The notes under the pieces are model-generated. The model was not told the DNA's origin and did not search any database. It worked only from the letters and a program-made list of their open reading frames with translations. The position numbers and the translations under genes are program-made. From the NCBI RefSeq assembly GCF_003334765.1, contig NZ_QOWT01000003.1: 64,000 bases of DNA; one strand, written 5' to 3'. The DNA is from Escherichia coli (GTDB taxonomy: Bacteria > Pseudomonadota > Gammaproteobacteria > Enterobacterales > Enterobacteriaceae). Shown here in pieces: positions 62,193 through 64,000 of the stretch (position 1 is its first letter; the number at the start of each line of letters is the position of its first letter).

Positions 62193-62949
62193 AGCCGAAC
62201 CGGATGCCGGAATGCTGGCGGAAAAAGAGTGGCAGGCGGCGGCTCAGGGTAAAAGCGGACCGGATATTTCGCTACTGCGAAGTTTACTCGGTGCTGATGA
62301 ACAGGCCGCTGCCGCGCTGCTGTTGGCGCAGAGAAAAAACGGTACGCCGATGTCTTTAACCGCGTTGAGCATGGGGGATGAACGGGCATTGCACTGGCTG
62401 CGCTATCTCATGGCTCTTGGGTTTGAGGAAGCTGTATTGCTGGAGACGGCGGCAGATCTGCGCTTTGCGCCGGAATTTGTCGCTCGCCATATTGCCGAAT
62501 GGCAGCATCAGAATCCGCTGGATCTGATAATTACCGGCTGCCAAAGCAGCGAAGGGCAGAATGGGCAAACGCCATTTTTGCTGGCGGAAATGCTGGGCTG
62601 GCCCTGCTTCACCCAGGTGGAGCGTTTCACTCTCGACGCGCTGTTTATCACCCTCGAACAGCGTACTGAACATGGGTTGCGTTGTTGCCGGGTTCGCTTG
62701 CCTGCGGTGATTGCCGTGCGTCAGTGCGGTGAAGTGGCCTTGCCAGTACCGGGAATGCGCCAGCGAATGGCTGCGGGGAAAGCAGAAATTATCCGTAAAA
62801 CTGTTGCTGCCGAAATGCCAGCGATGCAGTGTCTGCAACTGGCAAGAGCAGAGCAACGACGCGGAGCGACGCTGATTGATGGGCAAACGGTAGCAGAAAA
62901 AGCTCAAAAGCTATGGCAGGACTATTTACGCCAAAGGATGCAGCCATGA
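62170..62949 (+). CDS. ygcR: Electron-transfer flavoprotein beta-subunit-like protein
   Basis: ORF track begins MRMNILL; the recognised start MNILLAFKAEPDAG gives 259 aa; overlaps ygcS stop and ygcQ start. Confidence 0.82.
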   Translation: MNILLAFKAEPDAGMLAEKEWQAAAQGKSGPDISLLRSLLGADEQAAAALLLAQRKNGTPMSLTALSMGDERALHWLRYLMALGFEEAVLLETAADLRFAPEFVARHIAEWQHQNPLDLIITGCQSSEGQNGQTPFLLAEMLGWPCFTQVERFTLDALFITLEQRTEHGLRCCRVRLPAVIAVRQCGEVALPVPGMRQRMAAGKAEIIRKTVAAEMPAMQCLQLARAEQRRGATLIDGQTVAEKAQKLWQDYLRQRMQP

Positions 62950-63806
62950 ATATCGCAATTGTGACAATAAATCAGGAGAATGCCGCAATAGCAAGCTGGC
63001 TGGCGGCGCAGGATTTCAGCGGTTGTACCCTGGCGCACTGGCAGATTGAACCTCAGCCTGTAGTGGCGGAACAGGTGCTGGATGCGTTGGTGGAACAGTG
63101 GCAGCGAACGCCTGCGGACGTTGTTCTCTTTCCGCCGGGAACGTTTGGCGATGAACTGTCGACCCGGCTGGCCTGGCGTTTACATGGTGCAAGCATCTGC
63201 CAGGTGACTTCGTTAGATATTCCAACCGTAAGCGTGCGCAAATCCCACTGGGGAAATGCGCTAACGGCGACGCTGCAAACAGAAAAACGCCCGCTATGCC
63301 TTTCCCTGGCGCGTCAGGCGGGAGCAGCGAAAAACGCCACGTTGCCCTCTGGAATGCAACAACTGAACATTGTCCCGGGTGCGCTTCCGGACTGGCTGGT
63401 TAGCACAGAGGATCTGAAAAATGTTACCCGCGACCCATTAGCTGAGGCCAGACGGGTGCTGGTGGTGGGGCAGGGCGGAGAGGCAGATAACCAGGAAATC
63501 GCTATGCTGGCAGAAAAGCTGGGAGCCGAAGTGGGCTACAGTCGGGCGCGAGTGATGAACGGTGGCGTTGATGCTGAAAAAGTGATTGGTATTTCCGGAC
63601 ATCTGCTGGCACCTGAGGTGTGTATTGTTGTTGGCGCTTCTGGCGCAGCAGCGTTAATGGCGGGCGTACGCAATAGCAAGTTTGTGGTGGCGATTAATCA
63701 TGACGCCAGCGCTGCGGTATTTTCACAGGCAGATGTTGGCGTGGTTGATGACTGGAAAGTGGTGCTGGAGGCACTGGTGACAAACATTCACGCAGATTGC
63801 CAATAA
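62946..63806 (+). CDS. ygcQ: Electron-transfer flavoprotein alpha-subunit-like protein
   Basis: ORF track starts at 62913; the likely start MNIAIVTINQENAAIASWL gives 286 aa; FAD-binding ETF-alpha C-terminal region. Confidence 0.82.
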   Translation: MNIAIVTINQENAAIASWLAAQDFSGCTLAHWQIEPQPVVAEQVLDALVEQWQRTPADVVLFPPGTFGDELSTRLAWRLHGASICQVTSLDIPTVSVRKSHWGNALTATLQTEKRPLCLSLARQAGAAKNATLPSGMQQLNIVPGALPDWLVSTEDLKNVTRDPLAEARRVLVVGQGGEADNQEIAMLAEKLGAEVGYSRARVMNGGVDAEKVIGISGHLLAPEVCIVVGASGAAALMAGVRNSKFVVAINHDASAAVFSQADVGVVDDWKVVLEALVTNIHADCQ

Positions 63807-63808
63807 CG

Positions 63809-63917
63809 TGTTGCCGGATGATCCTGCCTACGGTTCTGGCCTGGGGACTTGTAGGCCTGATAAGACGCGTCAAGCGTCGCATCAGGCGCTGAATGTCGGA
63901 TGTGGCGTGCGGCCTAC
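63809..63917. repeat. BIME/REP cluster downstream of ygcQ
   Basis: REP copies in alternating orientation, e.g. GTAGGCCTGATAAGACGCGTCAAGCGTCGCATCAGGC and TGTCGGATGTGGCGTGCGGCCTAC. Confidence 0.8.
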
Positions 63918-64000
63918 AAATCAAACCAAATTCAATTGGTTACGATTATCCCGTCAAAGTAATTTTTTCGCTAACGTCCAGACCCCGGTATTCGTGGTGG

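Overview
This window reads as a contiguous stretch of Escherichia coli core chromosome, K-12-like in gene content and order, and I did not find a convincing previously undescribed system in it. Gene identities come from recognising the translated ORFs and the RNA sequences from memory; no database search was run. About 52 protein-coding genes are packed with short intergenic gaps and several start/stop overlaps: ptrA-recB-recD, argA, amiC, mltA, tcdA-csdE-csdA, ygdI, gcvA, ygdD-rlmM, the complete fuc regulon (fucR, fucU, fucK, fucI, fucP, fucA, fucO), xni, sdaB-sdaC, ppnN, queF, syd, yqcC-truC-yqcA, gudP-gudX-gudD, barA, rlmD, relA-mazE-mazF-mazG, pyrG, eno, ygcG, queE, then the poorly characterised ygcE-yqcE-ygcW-ygcU-ygcS-ygcR-ygcQ cluster. 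RNA genes are one initiator tRNA-fMet and the sRNAs gcvB and csrB. Between queE and ygcE sits an orphan type I-E CRISPR array (7 repeats, 6 spacers, AT-rich leader) plus a degenerate mini-array; no cas genes are in the window. REP/BIME palindromes occupy several intergenic gaps. The items most worth a second look are the uncharacterised ygc catabolic-type cluster with its CRP site and terminator-like hairpin, the cas-less CRISPR arrays and the AT-rich ygcG islet beside them, and the single tRNA-fMet copy where I recall three in K-12.
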